DNA of 64,000 bases. Source: Octopus sinensis (lineage: Eukaryota). The stretch spans positions 1,612,001-1,676,000 of the forward strand of contig NC_043010.1 in assembly GCF_006345805.1 (NCBI RefSeq), written 5' to 3'. The notes beneath the pieces were generated by a model. That model saw nothing but the letters and a program-made list of their open reading frames with translations, did not search any database and had not been told where the DNA came from. This document shows, one piece after another, positions 1-12,255 of the stretch. How positions within the stretch are numbered: the stretch's first letter is position 1; each line of letters starts with the position of its first letter. The position numbers were made by a program, and so were the translations under genes.

Positions 1-340
1 GGTTTGTAAGGGAAATAACTATAAAAAATTTTAGAGAGTTATAGCCAAAAATAGCAAAAAATGGAAAAAAATGGTAAATTTTTTTTTTAGTTAAAAAGGT
101 GGTGTTGCGTCCCCTAGACAGTTTGCGGTTTGTGTTTCTGATTCTCGACCCCATGTTGAATTTATCGATTTTTTTCAGAACTGGGGGAACTTTTAAAAAT
201 TTTCGCTGCGTTAGTTTTGAATTATGACATTGGGCTATGTGTGTGTCAAGTTTCATCAGAATCGGTTGAAAGCCGTGGTCAGGGTGAGGGTACAAGCAAA
301 CAGACACACAGAAACACGCACAGACAAACTGCTGTTTATA
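1..340 (+). mobile_element. 3' end of a non-autonomous Helitron/Helentron-like element (DINE/Lep1-style), truncated by window start
   Basis: Ends with AAGTTTCATCAGAATCGGTTGAAAGCCGTGG...ACAGACACACAGAAACACGCACAGACAAACTGCTGTTTATATATA, resembling the AAATTTCAT..AATCGG..(ACAG)n..TTTATA terminus of insect Helentron-associated elements; pattern recognition only. Confidence 0.4.
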
Positions 341-741
341 TATATATATATATATATTGTAATGAATGCGAAAACTAATTTCTGAGAGTCAGTGTTTCAC
401 ACTTCGACCTCCTCTCTTACTGCTCATTAACATTTCTACTATTGCTCATGCTGGGGTGAGAGTAATAGTTGTAGGCATAGACATGGTGAAGGCGGTGGTG
501 AAGACAGATAGAGAGAGAGAGAGAGAGAAAGAAAAATAGAGCGAGAGAAATAGGGACTGAACGCTGGACCAACATACTGAACGAACATACTGAATACACA
601 CATTTAGCCTTTTTGTGATGGTAAAGGGGTGATAGTATGAGGTGTAGTTATAATAGAGGCGGAAGCGGCGCTGGTGATAAAGTTTAACATATACTCAATG
701 CATGAAGTGTCATTGTTGGGCCCAAGGCCTAATGAAGAACC

Positions 742-764
742 CTCTATCTGTTTGTCTGTCTGTC

Positions 765-837
<73 letters not shown>

Positions 838-838
838 C
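742..838. repeat. (ATCT)n microsatellite
   Basis: Direct reading of the tandem ATCT array. Confidence 0.95.
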
Positions 839-1149
839 ATTCATCCCTACTATCCCTCACATCACTACGTGGTCAGCTGATCCACTAAACAGAAGCTAAA
901 TCATCCTACAGGTGGCACTGCAACTAATCGCCCCACCCCATTTAAATCCGATGCTCGAACGACCTCACCAAACTACACCAACTTGTAGGCTAAATGATAA
1001 TGTTTTGTAGCAATTAGCCTCTTGCCTCCTAATACTAGGACTAAAGAAGAATGTAGAATATTATAGCACCCCCGTGTATCTGTCGGGTGCATATTTTATC
1101 AGCCTCCAAACGATTAACAAGTATATAATAACAATGATAATGATAATAC

Positions 1150-1326
1150 TTTCTACTAAAGACAAAGGCCTGAAATTCCAGTGTGTCACTGGTACTTAAT
1201 TTATCGAAGCGAAAAGATGCAAAGCAATGTCGACGTGGAAGGAATTTGAACTCAGAACGTAAAGACAGACGAAATGCTCTTAGCATTTTGCCTGGTGCGC
1301 TAACGATTCTGACATTTCGCCGCTTC
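1150..1326 (-). mobile_element. SINE family A (tRNA-derived Octopus SINE), degenerate
   Basis: Reverse complement of the family-A consensus GGCGGCGAGCTGGCAGAA..GAGTTCAAATTCC..GTCGACTTTGCCTTTCATCC..AAGTACCAG seen in many copies in the window. Confidence 0.75.
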
Positions 1327-1363
<37 letters not shown>

Positions 1364-1504
1364 TAATAATAATATAACAATAACAATAATAATAGCAATA
1401 ATAATATAATAATAATATAATAATAATAATAATAACAATAACAATAACAATAACAATAGCAATAATAATAATAATAATAATAATAACATAACAATAACAA
1501 TAGC

Positions 1505-1535
<31 letters not shown>

Positions 1536-1580
1536 TAATATAATAATAATAATAACAATAACAATAACAATAATAATAGC

Positions 1581-1621
<41 letters not shown>

Positions 1622-1682
1622 TAACATAGCAATAATAATAATAATAATAATAACAATAACAATAACAATAGCAATAATAATA
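1327..1682. repeat. (AAT)n/(AAC)n microsatellite
   Basis: Direct reading. Confidence 0.95.
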
Positions 1683-1867
1683 ATTTTTGGGGAAGGAACC
1701 AGTCGATTAGATCGACCCAGTATGCAACTGGTACTTAATTTACTGACTCCGAAAAAATGGACGGCAAAGTCGACCTCGGTGGAGTTTGAACTCATAATGT
1801 TAGGACGGACGAAATACTGGAAAGCATTTTGCCCGGGGTGCGAACGTTTCTGCCAGCTCGCCGCCTC
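1683..1867 (-). mobile_element. SINE family A
   Basis: Ends ...TTCTGCCAGCTCGCCGCC, the reverse complement of the head with A box; B box GAGTTCAAAC on the minus strand. Confidence 0.85.
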
Positions 1868-2873
1868 AATGATAATGATAACAATAATAATAATAATAAT
1901 AACAACAACAACAACAACAACAACAACAATAATGATAATAATAATAAGTTAAACGCAATCTTGCATGGATTCGAAATCGTAAAGTACAATAATGCAAAGT
2001 AATATTTTCACTGGTTTACCAATTCTGCCGATCCATTAGTCTTTTGGGAATAAATAATGGTAAAATAATAATAATGGGGTGTGAACCCGCGAACTACAGT
2101 GAACTGGGAGATAGTTAAATACTATAGCCATTCAGCCAATTCATATCCATTCTCGTATTAATTGGCGAAGGAAATGCAATTGTGTAACGAAGCACAAAGA
2201 AACGAAGCAAGCAAATGAAAAGAAGAAGAACAAGAAGAACAAAAGCAGAGAAAGAAAGAGAGGTGGGAAAGAGCGGAGAGTCTCCAAACTACATCCCTTG
2301 CTTTACGCCCAAATGCTTTTCCGATTGAACTTCCTGTCTGCTTACCAATTTCCGGTGTCTTTGATCACCTTATAAGCTTAAACACGTGACATGTACAAAG
2401 CATTTTCTCTACTTTTGTCAGAACGAGGACACAGGGAGCTAACTGAGTGTTATCCCATTAATTCCATTTCGTGTGTACATACGGACATACATACCTGCCT
2501 ACCTTGGCTCAAGGGTGTGTGTTTCTGTGTGTTTATATGTCCGTGCGTGTGGATATGTTTCTCTGCCTGTGCGTATGTCTATGCATGTTTCATCACGCCC
2601 TCACACACACACACACACACATGTATGTATATCTATATCCGTCTCTCTCTCTCTCTCTCTCTTTCTTCCTCTCTCTAAATATATATGTGAGTGTATGAGT
2701 ATTTACGTGAATATGGCTTTTCATCAATACGTATTAATTAATAAAGGTGCAGATCTCTTAGCGGCGTAGTATTGTTGGAAAAATCGTTTCCACTAAATTT
2801 TTGTCCATCATCATATTGTGTTCATTAACTTAATTCTTCCTTACGCAGTTTATGTATGCAGGCGCGCGCATAC

Positions 2874-3050
2874 GTGTGTGTGTGTGTGTGTGTGTGCGTG
2901 TATGTATGTATGTATGTATGTATGTATGTATGTATGTATGTATGTATGTATGTATGTGTGTATGTGTGTATGCATGTATGCATGTATGCTTGTATGTATG
3001 TATGTATGTATGTATGTATGTATGTATGTATGTATGTGTGTGTGTGTATG

Positions 3051-3083
<33 letters not shown>

Positions 3084-3240
3084 GTGTGCTGCGTGTATGT
3101 ATTATGTATGTATGTATGTTGTATGTATGTATGTATGTATGTTATGTATGTATGCATGTATGCATGTATGTATGTATGTTGTATGTATGTATGTATGTAT
3201 GTATGTATGTATGCATGTATATATATATATATATATATAT
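2874..3240. repeat. (GT)n/(TATG)n/(TA)n compound microsatellite
   Basis: Direct reading; source of the 'YVCM' ORFs. Confidence 0.95.
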
Positions 3241-3490
3241 AGAAACGTGGAGTAGATGAAACAAAGGCGACTGAAGAGGGGGGATTTTCCTTGTTTTGTA
3301 TGTCTTGTACTCTATTTTTTCGTTGTCTTAAAAAAATGTCCATTTCCTTGGTTTTGTGTTTATGTTCGACATTTTTTTGGTGTCCTGTACCCATATATGC
3401 ATATATATATATACATGTAGAGGTAGGTGCGTATATACATGTATGTATATATGCATATGTTTTATTTATTAATTTATATATATATATATA

Positions 3491-3740
3491 TATACGGAAG
3501 AAGGTTTGAAAATGCAATTTAAAAGATGTTTATTTACTTAACCGGTTTCACTCTTTGGAAAAAGATTGTCAAAAGTAACATGTAGAAGTTTGTAGGACCA
3601 AACTTCTACATGTTATTTTTGACAATCTTTTTCCAAAGAGTGAAACCGGTAAAGTAAATAAACATCTTTTAAATTGCATTTTCCTACATTCTTTCGTATA
3701 TAATTCCACTCGTGCGGTACCCCACAACTCCACTTTGTTA
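3491..3740 (+). mobile_element. PLE-type 3' end with 5' inversion (foldback)
   Basis: 85-bp arms 3508-3592 and 3599-3683 (2 mismatches), loop TAGGAC, plus an unpaired 40-bp tail CCACTCGTGCGGTACC..CTTTGTTA abutting (TA)n; paralog at 24130-24328 in opposite orientation. Confidence 0.7.
3613..3657 (+). ncRNA. Minimal type I hammerhead ribozyme motif, U3-A8 variant (mirror copy at 3534-3578 on minus)
   Basis: UUAUUU-UUGACAA-stem II (~5 bp)-GAAAC-CG-GUA-AAGUAA; stem I 6 bp (perfect UUACUU/AAGUAA in the mirror copy); palindromic stem III ACCGGU. Confidence 0.55.
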
Positions 3741-3786
3741 TATATATATATTTATATATATATGCATATATATATATATATATATT

Positions 3787-3975
3787 CTTTTATTCTTTTA
3801 CTTCTTTCAGTCAATTTTTACTCCAGCCATGCTGGAGAACAGCCTTTTATTTGAAGAAATCGACCCCTAGACTTATTCTTTGTAAGCTAGGTACTTATTC
3901 TATCCTTGTCTTTTGCCGAACCGCTAAGTTACGGGGACGTAAACACACCAACATCGCCTGTCAAGCAATGTGTGT
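3787..3975 (-). mobile_element. SINE family C, 3' half
   Basis: Matches the family-C tail (..CTTAGCGGTTCGGCAAAAGA..CTCCAGCATGGC..GACTGAAA..AGTAAAAG) on the minus strand. Confidence 0.85.
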
Positions 3976-3991
3976 GTATGTATTTTTAAAG

Positions 3992-4306
3992 ACTCCGCCG
4001 GTTACGACGACGAGGGTCCCAGCTGATACGATCAACGGAACAGCTTGCTCGTGAAATTAACGTGCAAATGGCTGAGCATTCCACAGACACGTGTACCCTT
4101 AACGTAGTTCTCGGGGATAATCAGCGTGACACAGAGAGTAACAAGGCTGTCCCTTTGAAATACAAGTACAACTCATTTTTGCCAGCTGAGTAGACTGGAG
4201 CAACGTGAAATAAAGTGTCTTGCTCAAGGACACAACGCGTCGCCGGGAATCGAACTCACAACCTTACGATCATGAGCCGAATGCCCTAACCACTAAGCCA
4301 CGCGCC
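3992..4306 (-). mobile_element. SINE family B (head B2, tail T1), full length
   Basis: Minus strand GGCGCGTGGCTTAGTGG (A box), GTTCGATTCC (B box), GTGTCCTTGAGCAAGACAC core, tail ending CCCTCGTCGTCGTAACCG. Confidence 0.9.
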
Positions 4307-4400
4307 CTCACTATCCAGTGTGTATGTATACATGTGGTATGGCTCCAAAAAGTAGAATAGCACTCGATCAGCTAAGGGAGTAAATATAATGTTTATAATA

Positions 4401-4615
4401 AAATCCACAAGTCTTGATAACCCAGGCTAGAAATACTCAGCAATATCAAATGGAAGATCCTCTCCAAAGCCTGACTCTGCATTAACGCTTCCAAAAGATG
4501 TTCAGTATGTTCTTTGGAAAACTATATATCTTGAACCTGAGAGCCTCCAGTGACTACGTAAATTCGAGGAACGAGATTTGGTTTTGCATGTCCACATTTT
4601 TAGAAATATATCTTG
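4401..4615 (+). pseudogene. PLE GIY-YIG endonuclease C-terminal remnant (Neptune-like)
   Basis: Frameshifted translation KSTSL..KWKILSKA*LCINASKRCSVCSLE/KLYILNL..VNSRNEI/ACPHF*KYIL fits the PLE pattern W.IL..A..Y.N.SKRC.LC..EK..I..LN.R.E..CRH..K..L. Confidence 0.7.
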
Positions 4616-4990
4616 GTGGAATTTTAAAATAGGCCACCAGACACATAGTAAACTATTGATATCCTGTCTACATCTTTTTGATATTGGTTTATTTGTAACG
4701 TTGGTTATCTCCCTTGTGTTTGGTTTGTCGTCTTCCTTCTCAGCGTCCCTTGTTTAAACGTTCTCTCCTTAAAAAAGAAATTGGCAAACGGTCTTGTACT
4801 CAGCTTGAAAATTGAGGAAACAAATTAATGTTTAGACTAGGAAACTCTGAGTAACCGTATTTACAAAGAATTTTGGTTTTCATTACATTATATACATGCA
4901 TATATTGCACATTATCCTCACATTTAGTGACAATTATAGCTTTCCTTTTTTGGTAAAACATTGCAAACTACTGTATGTTTTAAGTATAAC

Positions 4991-5072
<82 letters not shown>

Positions 5073-5207
5073 ATCTCTCTCTCTCTCTTTCTCTCTCTCT
5101 CTTTCTCACTCTCTCTTTCTCTCTCTCTCTCTCTATATATATATATTTATATATATATACATGTATATGTGAATATGTGTGTGTATGTATGTATGTATGT
5201 GTGAATA

Positions 5208-5240
<33 letters not shown>

Positions 5241-5289
5241 GAATATGTGTGTGTGTGTATGTGTGCATCTATTTGTGTGTATCTTTCTG

Positions 5290-5765
5290 TTTGTGTCCGT
5301 CCCTGACCACTGATGGACATCTTCGGTTGGGCTGTTTACGTTCTCTTAGCTTAGCGGTTCGTCAAGTATCAGGCTTCGAAAATTTGATTAGTACTGGGGT
5401 TGATTCGGTAGACTAAAATTCTTGAAGGTAGTACTCAGTATCGCGGCAGTCAAATGGCTGACACAAGTAAAATATAAAAGATGTATATGTGTGTGTATGG
5501 GTGTGTGTGTGTGTTTGTGTAGCGCGCACGTGTGTTATGTTTATTGTGTGCGTGTGTGTTGTGTTTGCGCATGTCACTCTCCAGTCGCTTGACATCCGGT
5601 CTTGGTCTTTCTTACGGTTCTCGTAACTTAGCATTTTCAGCAAGAGATCGATAGAACAAGTACCAAACTTAAAAGAATAAATAAGTTCTGAGGTCGATTT
5701 CTTCGACTTAAGCTCGCCAAGATTGTGCCCCACCTTGGCCGCAGTCCACTGACTGAAACAAGTAA
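5290..5765 (+). mobile_element. Two SINE family C 3' halves
   Basis: Two degenerate copies of the C tail (CTTAGCGGTTCG..GCAGTC..GACTGAAACAAGTAA). Confidence 0.7.
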
Positions 5766-6264
5766 TCAGATAACATTAAAAAAAAACCAAAACAACAATA
5801 ACATCAACAATAAGAGAAAGAGTAGCAGCAGCAGCTGCGATTGTTTGTTCTGTCAGCCAGTTTCCGGTTTCAATGAATGTCACTTTACTTGGTAGGTTCA
5901 AATGTTTGTTTAAATATGGTGGAAATCTGCACCTAAACACAACAGATTTATCCATTTTTTCTTTGACGTCCGCCATGACTACCACAGTACATTGAAACCA
6001 CCAACTATTTCTCTATCTTCATCTCTTTCTTTTTTTTTCTCTCTCTCTCTCTTTTATCTCTCCCTATCCTTCATCTACCTTACTCTCTTTCTTCTCATTA
6101 CCTTCTACCGCTTCCTTTCGTTTCTCTCAATCTCTGTCTCTCCTCCAATTTACCTAACTGTTTGTCTCTCTCTCTCTCTCTCTCTTTCTCTAACACTCTC
6201 TCTCACTATCTTCCTCTCTTTCTCACTGCTTATCTCTCTCTCTCTTTCTCTCTCTCTCTTTCTT

Positions 6265-6305
<41 letters not shown>

Positions 6306-6894
6306 GCGTCTTTCCACTACTTCACTCGCTCACTCCTTTCTTATATATATCACTCTCATTTTCACTCATTATCTCAGGCTCTCTTTCTCTCTCGATCTCC
6401 CCCCCTCTCTCTCTCGATCATTCCACTTCTTTACTCTCACTACTCTCCTTTCACATCATGTGTTCCTTTTACTTTCACTTTCACTCCCCCTCCCTCTCTC
6501 TCTTCCGTTCGTTTCTGTGTTTTGAAGTTAATCCTCTGCGCTTAAAATTTTTTAATGGATTACATTGGGAAGATAATTATTTCTAAGCTTACATCTCTTC
6601 CATTTAATCTTCCAGCTAACTTCTCCTTCAATTCCACAATTTTCAACTCACATCTTCATTCTCGTTCCCATCTTCACTTTTCTTTTTTTTCAGTTTAATG
6701 CTTGCATTTGTGTTTGTGTGTTTATTTTTATCCATTTATATTTTCTTTATTAATATTTTTGTTAAGGATTAGTTACCGCAATATTTGTGTATTTCCAGTC
6801 CAACCTTAATTTTCTTTAGCTTCTACAAACATTTTCCCTCCTTCACTTTCTCCCGCTTCTCCTCCCGCTTTCACTTTATCTATCTCTCGCTACT

Positions 6895-6925
<31 letters not shown>

Positions 6926-6939
6926 ATATATATATATAG

Positions 6940-6970
<31 letters not shown>

Positions 6971-7270
6971 AGGAGGGAGAGAGAGAGGTACATATATACA
7001 TACATATATATATACATATATATATATATATAAACTTGCTCCCACTTACAGTATCCACACCTCTCTACCTCAGTCTTCTCCTCCTCCTACTCCTCCTGTT
7101 CTTGTATACACTTTTCTTCTATTCCCCTCTCTTATAAACTAATACACACTTTACTTTTCTCTTCCTCAGGCTACTTCACGACACCTCAGAGTAACACCAA
7201 TGTACTCCAGTGTAATACAGTCTAAACCAGACTACTCCGGTTTACTTCTGTTTACAACATTAATCAAGTT

Positions 7271-7445
7271 AGGTGCGAGTGTGGCTGTGTGGTAAGAAGC
7301 TTGCATTCCAGCCACATAGTTCCGGGTTCAGCCTCACTGCGTTGCACTTTCGGCAGGTGTCTTCTACAATAGCCTCAGGCCGACCAAAGCAACGTGGTTG
7401 GATATGGTAGACGTAAACTGAAAGAAGCCCATATATATACATACA
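7271..7445 (+). mobile_element. SINE family C, 5' half
   Basis: GTGGCTGTGTGGTAAG A box, GGGTTCAGCC B box, GGCAGGTGTCTTCTACAATAGCCTC core. Confidence 0.85.
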
Positions 7446-7661
7446 GGGATGACAGAACATATGACAGTAAATCAAAATTCCATAAATACTTAATATTCAG
7501 TTTTATTTATTCATTTGGAGAAAATGGTGTCAGTTTAAACAATTTTCGTGATGCTTCATATTTGGATGCTTTTATTAAATTCATTCACTTATTAAACATA
7601 AATAAACCTTGGAATTAAATGATTTTGATTTACTGTCAGATGTCTTTTGGACAACCCTCTC

Positions 7662-7814
7662 TATGTATGTATGTATGTATGTATGTATGTATGTATGTAT
7701 GTATGTATGTATGTATGTATGTATGTATGTATGTATGTATGTATGTATGTATGTATGTATGTATGTATGTATGTATGTATGTATGTATGTATGTATGTAT
7801 GTATGTATGTATGT

Positions 7815-7854
<40 letters not shown>

Positions 7855-7880
7855 ATGTATGTATGATGTATGTATGTATG
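7662..7880. repeat. (TATG)n microsatellite
   Basis: Near-perfect array. Confidence 0.95.
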
Positions 7881-7894
7881 TAGGTGCGTATGTT

Positions 7895-8110
7895 TTTGTG
7901 TCTGTGTTTGTCCTCCACCATCGCTTGATAAACAGTGTTGGTGTGTTTAGGTCCCCGTACATAGCTGTCCGGCAAAGGAACCAATGGAATAAGTAACTAG
8001 CCTTTTAAAAATAAACCCTGGCTTGGAGCTGTTCGACTAAAATCCCTTCAAGGCGGTGCCCCAGCATGGCCACGGCCAAATGACTGAAACAAGTAGAGAA
8101 TAAAGAGTGA
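7895..8110 (+). mobile_element. SINE family C, 3' half
   Basis: C tail ending GGCGGTGCCCCAGCATGGCC..AAATGACTGAAACAAGTAGAG. Confidence 0.85.
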
Positions 8111-8751
8111 AAGATTTATTTTGACGCTCTCTATTTATTTAAAAGTAAATCTGTATTATCTCCCTTTTCAGTAGAAATGACTCTCTCTTCGTGGCTTACC
8201 TCTCGTTCTTTTTCTTTCTTTTCTTTGTCTGTCTTTCTCTCTCTCTCTCCCTTTCTACCTCTTTCTTTCACCCCCTCTCTCTCTCTCTCTCTTTCTTCCT
8301 CTCTCAATCGTTTCTAGGAATCTGAGCTGTTGGAGTTGGGGTAGGACATATAGGTCGAGGGAGTGGGAGAGGGTTAGATATAGAGAAAGAAAGAGCTAAC
8401 GAAAGAGAGAGTGAGAGAGAAAGAGTATAAGAGAGAAACGATGTGGGATAATAAGTCTGTTTGCTAGCTGTTATTTAACCCAAGGTCAACCCTGGTCTCG
8501 CAGACTTACAATCAATGACATCTCTACCATAACTTTTTTACCATCTCGTGTATCAGTGTTTACACTATCAAATGTGTCGCTCCCTTCAGAAGACAGTTAT
8601 TACATGAAGATGATTAACTGCTATTTCTAACAAGTTATGTGAGCGTTTGGTTTCTATCTTAAATTTTTTTTTATATAAAATGAATGATATTTTGTCTATC
8701 AGTTATATGGCGTCTTACATGCGTGTAGTCAAGAAAGATTGCTACAATTTC

Positions 8752-9174
8752 GGATCTTTCCGGTTTGAACGGCAGTTTTTAAAAATAATTTCCACGTAAC
8801 TAAACACTTTTAAAATTCGTATACTGGTAGAATGTGTTTATAAAACATCTTTTTCTCTTGGCTTTATTAAAAAATTCTATAGTTTGTAAGATATTTGTTG
8901 TTCTTTTTCTTTAATTTTTGCAATTTCAACCAATCAATGACGTCTATTGAGGTGAAAACATTCTGTGCCGTATGAATACTCCCTCGTTTAAGAAACAGAT
9001 TGGGTTTATTTACATTTGTGAAGAAAAAAAGATACCCTTCCCCCCCACCCCTAACCCTAACCCTAACCCTAAAACAGATTGAAATGCAATAGCTCGATAC
9101 TAGGGTCATAATTATGGGTGACAATTTCATATGACACCGCTAGAAAAAAACTGCCGTTCAAACCGAAAAGATCC
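8752..9174. mobile_element. MITE with 29-bp TIRs, 8-bp TSD and internal (CCCTAA)4; Merlin-like
   Basis: TIR GGATCTTTCCGGTTTGAACGGCAGTTTTT (8752-8780) vs 9146-9174, 1 mismatch; flanks ACAATTTC/ACAAATTC; CCCTAA x4 at 9049-9072. Superfamily inferred from the 5'-GG terminus and 8-bp TSD. Confidence 0.8.
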
Positions 9175-9222
9175 ACAAATTCATCTTAGAATATTTAAGA
9201 GTATTACTATAAAGCAGGGAGA

Positions 9223-9415
9223 GGCGACGAGCTGGCTGAATCGTTAGCGCGCCGGATAAAATGCTTAGCGGCATTCCATCCATTTAAATGTTCTGATTTC
9301 GAATTCTACTGTGTTCAACTTCGCTTTTAACTCTTTCGGAGTTGATGAAAAAAGTCCAAGTCGAACACTGGGTACGATGTAATCGATTATCCTCTTCCCG
9401 CCCAAATTTCAGGCA
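9223..9415 (+). mobile_element. SINE family A
   Basis: GGCGACGAGCTGGCTGAATCGTTAGC head followed by a degenerate body. Confidence 0.8.
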
Positions 9416-9430
9416 ATCTAGGCATTATGT

Positions 9431-9730
9431 CAGAGCTGGATTAAGACCCAAAGAAGCCCTGAGCTTAAAAAAGATTTTGGTTCCTCCATACATATGTAAT
9501 TCAAAAATATAAACCACAAAATTATTAATTTTTTTAAAAATAAAAGTGAACGATGTTTACTTTTGTATACTTACACTTCATTTATATTTGAAAACTTTTC
9601 TTCTACTTTAATTGCAAAGTCATTGAGCATATCCTCAAAATTAATCTTATATAACACGTCTGTTTCTACACTTAGAGGAGATAAGGTATTCCGAGTATTC
9701 TTTTAGCAAGTTTAAACTGATTTCTTTTGT
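9431..9730 (-). mobile_element. hAT transposon 3' end with transposase C-terminal remnant
   Basis: Terminus CAGAGCTGGATT; minus-strand peptide LSPLSVETDVLYKINFEDMLNDFAIKV resembles the hAT C-terminal dimerisation region (L..LSIE.D....IDFED.I.DFA). Confidence 0.65.
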
Positions 9731-10768
9731 GCCGTAAACCATTTACCATTTTTGTGGTGTCCCCGCTTCCCTTGATGCTATAAGCACATGCTTATTTTGC
9801 TTAATGGTGAATTCAGTGTTGCATTATGCAGAGAACAGGGTTCAAGATATTGGACATTACGGTTGTTAATGACTATCTCTGTCACATTTGTTGTTCGTTC
9901 TTACACGTGAGAGCGTTAGGCTGAGAGTTGGTGAGAGCCAGAAGAGTTGTCTGTCTTGGAAAAAGCGGAAACATTGTTGCGTGGTTTATAGGATTATGAA
10001 TTATACCTTAGATATTATATTTGATGGCATATAAAGACTCGCTTATTTTCCCCAAAATTACATCTCAAAAAGTCACTTCCAGTCCTCTATTAAAAATATT
10101 GTTACTTCAACCTTATAGGATATCGTGATTTCTTGCTTTATGTTCAACTCTACTGCTAACTTTTTATTTACGGCAATGTTTTCTGCTATAGCTAAGGTAT
10201 TTCTGCAATGTTTTGTTATGTACTACAAGATTGCTTTAAATGTTGCTTATTTTAATGCAGTAAAACCATTTTTTCTTGAAATTCTCGCTACTTAAATTGG
10301 GATGCGTCTGGTATGCTTGCGCATCTTTTTATACCATCAAATATAGTAAAGAAAAATGGAAGACTTTTGCGAAAAGAGAAGCTTACTGGAGCTTGTATTG
10401 TTTGAAGGTAATGGAAGGGAGTGTCACGGGTCAGGTGAAATATTCAAAGAATGTTTCTGCATTTGGCATCTCTAAGTCCAAGGTGGTGAATCTAGTGAGT
10501 AGAGGGGGGCAGTTTTGGAGGAAATCTTATATAGTGTAATACTGACCAGAGATGGGTGACCAACAAGCAGCAGGAAAAGAGTTTATAGAACAATGATGTT
10601 TGTGAAGGGGAGAAAAGGACCATTCGTACGAACATACACAGATACATACATACGGACGTAGATTTACAATATATACACACACACATACACTTACATACAT
10701 ACATATACACATACATATATACTTATAAAATGTCTTTGTGTGTGTGCGTGTGTGCATATGTATGTATC

Positions 10769-10805
<37 letters not shown>

Positions 10806-10806
10806 G

Positions 10807-10886
<80 letters not shown>

Positions 10887-11277
10887 CGATCTGGTTTTCA
10901 TCGTCGTGTTTTGGTAAGCGTAGTATTACAATTTCGGTGGAAACACGTTTTATAATGTAGTCGTAGATATGCTACATCGAAAATAAATGACGGATGGTCA
11001 TAGCTTGCTAAACAGAATGACGGATGGTCAAGGTTGGCTAAACAAAGCAACACCATTAATGAGAACGTCATCAAATCAATAGCAATGATGACGAAAGAAA
11101 AAGTGGACAGAAAATATGACAATAGAAAGGCAGGGAGATAAACTAATGGAGAAACAGAGGAAGGAGGAGGAGAGAAATTAAAGGGAAGTTGGTTTTATGG
11201 GAAAGCTTAGTAAATATTACAATAACAACTGCTTCTGCAGCCTTCACCACCATCACTCCCACTCCACCACCCCACAT

Positions 11278-11282
<5 letters not shown>

Positions 11283-11325
<43 letters not shown>

Positions 11326-11460
11326 TACTACTACTACTACTACTACTGCTACTACTACTACTACTACTTCTGCCACCACCACTACTACTAGCAGCTGGTG
11401 CTGTTGCAATTCCTAAATAAAAAATTTACAAGAAGAAGAAGAAGAAGAAGAAGAAGAAGA
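11283..11460. repeat. (CTA)n and (AGA)n microsatellites
   Basis: Direct reading. Confidence 0.9.
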
Positions 11461-12049
11461 ATGGGAGATAATGCTATTTGAATGGGAGAGGAAGCCAGAG
11501 GATTAAGTCGAGAGAGAAGAAAAATAAATAGAGAGCGTTTGGTAGTAGAGATAGAAGCGGCGACGGTAGCAAGATTGGTGTGTGTGGGGGATGTAATATG
11601 AAAGTGAAAGTAAAGTAGAACCACAAACAGAAGCTCTAGCGCTACAACAACAGCAACAAGGCAACCATTTTTTTAAAGAGGTAAAAATAAAGATAAACTA
11701 GAAAAAATGATGGGGGATTTTAAAAAATGTTTCAATTGAAGTGAAAAAGGATTAAATGGAAGAGAAATAAGCTTAAAACAATATCTCTCTTAAAGAAATC
11801 CATTAAAAAGTATAAGGGCGAGGGGATTATCTGGGAAAATAAACAAGTATTGGGGTTTAACTGTACTCTGGTAGTAATGGCATAGGTATAAAGAAAAACG
11901 TGTTTGTAGTTCGGTGCACACTTCAACCATATTTAAACAAACATTTGAACCTTGCATGTAACTAGCTGACATCGAGTGAAATCGGAAGTCAGCTGACAGA
12001 GTAAACAGTGGTTACTTACATAGGAATAATGGTGACTAATACAGGCATA

Positions 12050-12255
12050 TGGTGGCGAGCTGGTAGAGTGGCTAACACGTCGGACGACAATATATTTAGT
12101 AGTATTTCTTCCAGATGCCTACCTTCTAAGTTCAAATCCCGACATGGTCAACATTGCCTTTTATCTCTTTGAACATAGATAAAATGAAGTAGCAGACAAG
12201 TACTGAGATCGATGTAAACGACTTGCCCCCTCCCCTCAAAAATTTCAAGCCTTGA
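12050..12255 (+). mobile_element. SINE family A, degenerate
   Basis: GGTGGCGAGCTGGTAGA head, AAGTTCAAATCCC B box. Confidence 0.7.

Noticed and set aside
9049-9072. (CCCTAA)4 as a relic of chromosome fusion or telomere healing
   Set aside because: It is internal to a TIR-bounded element with a TSD.
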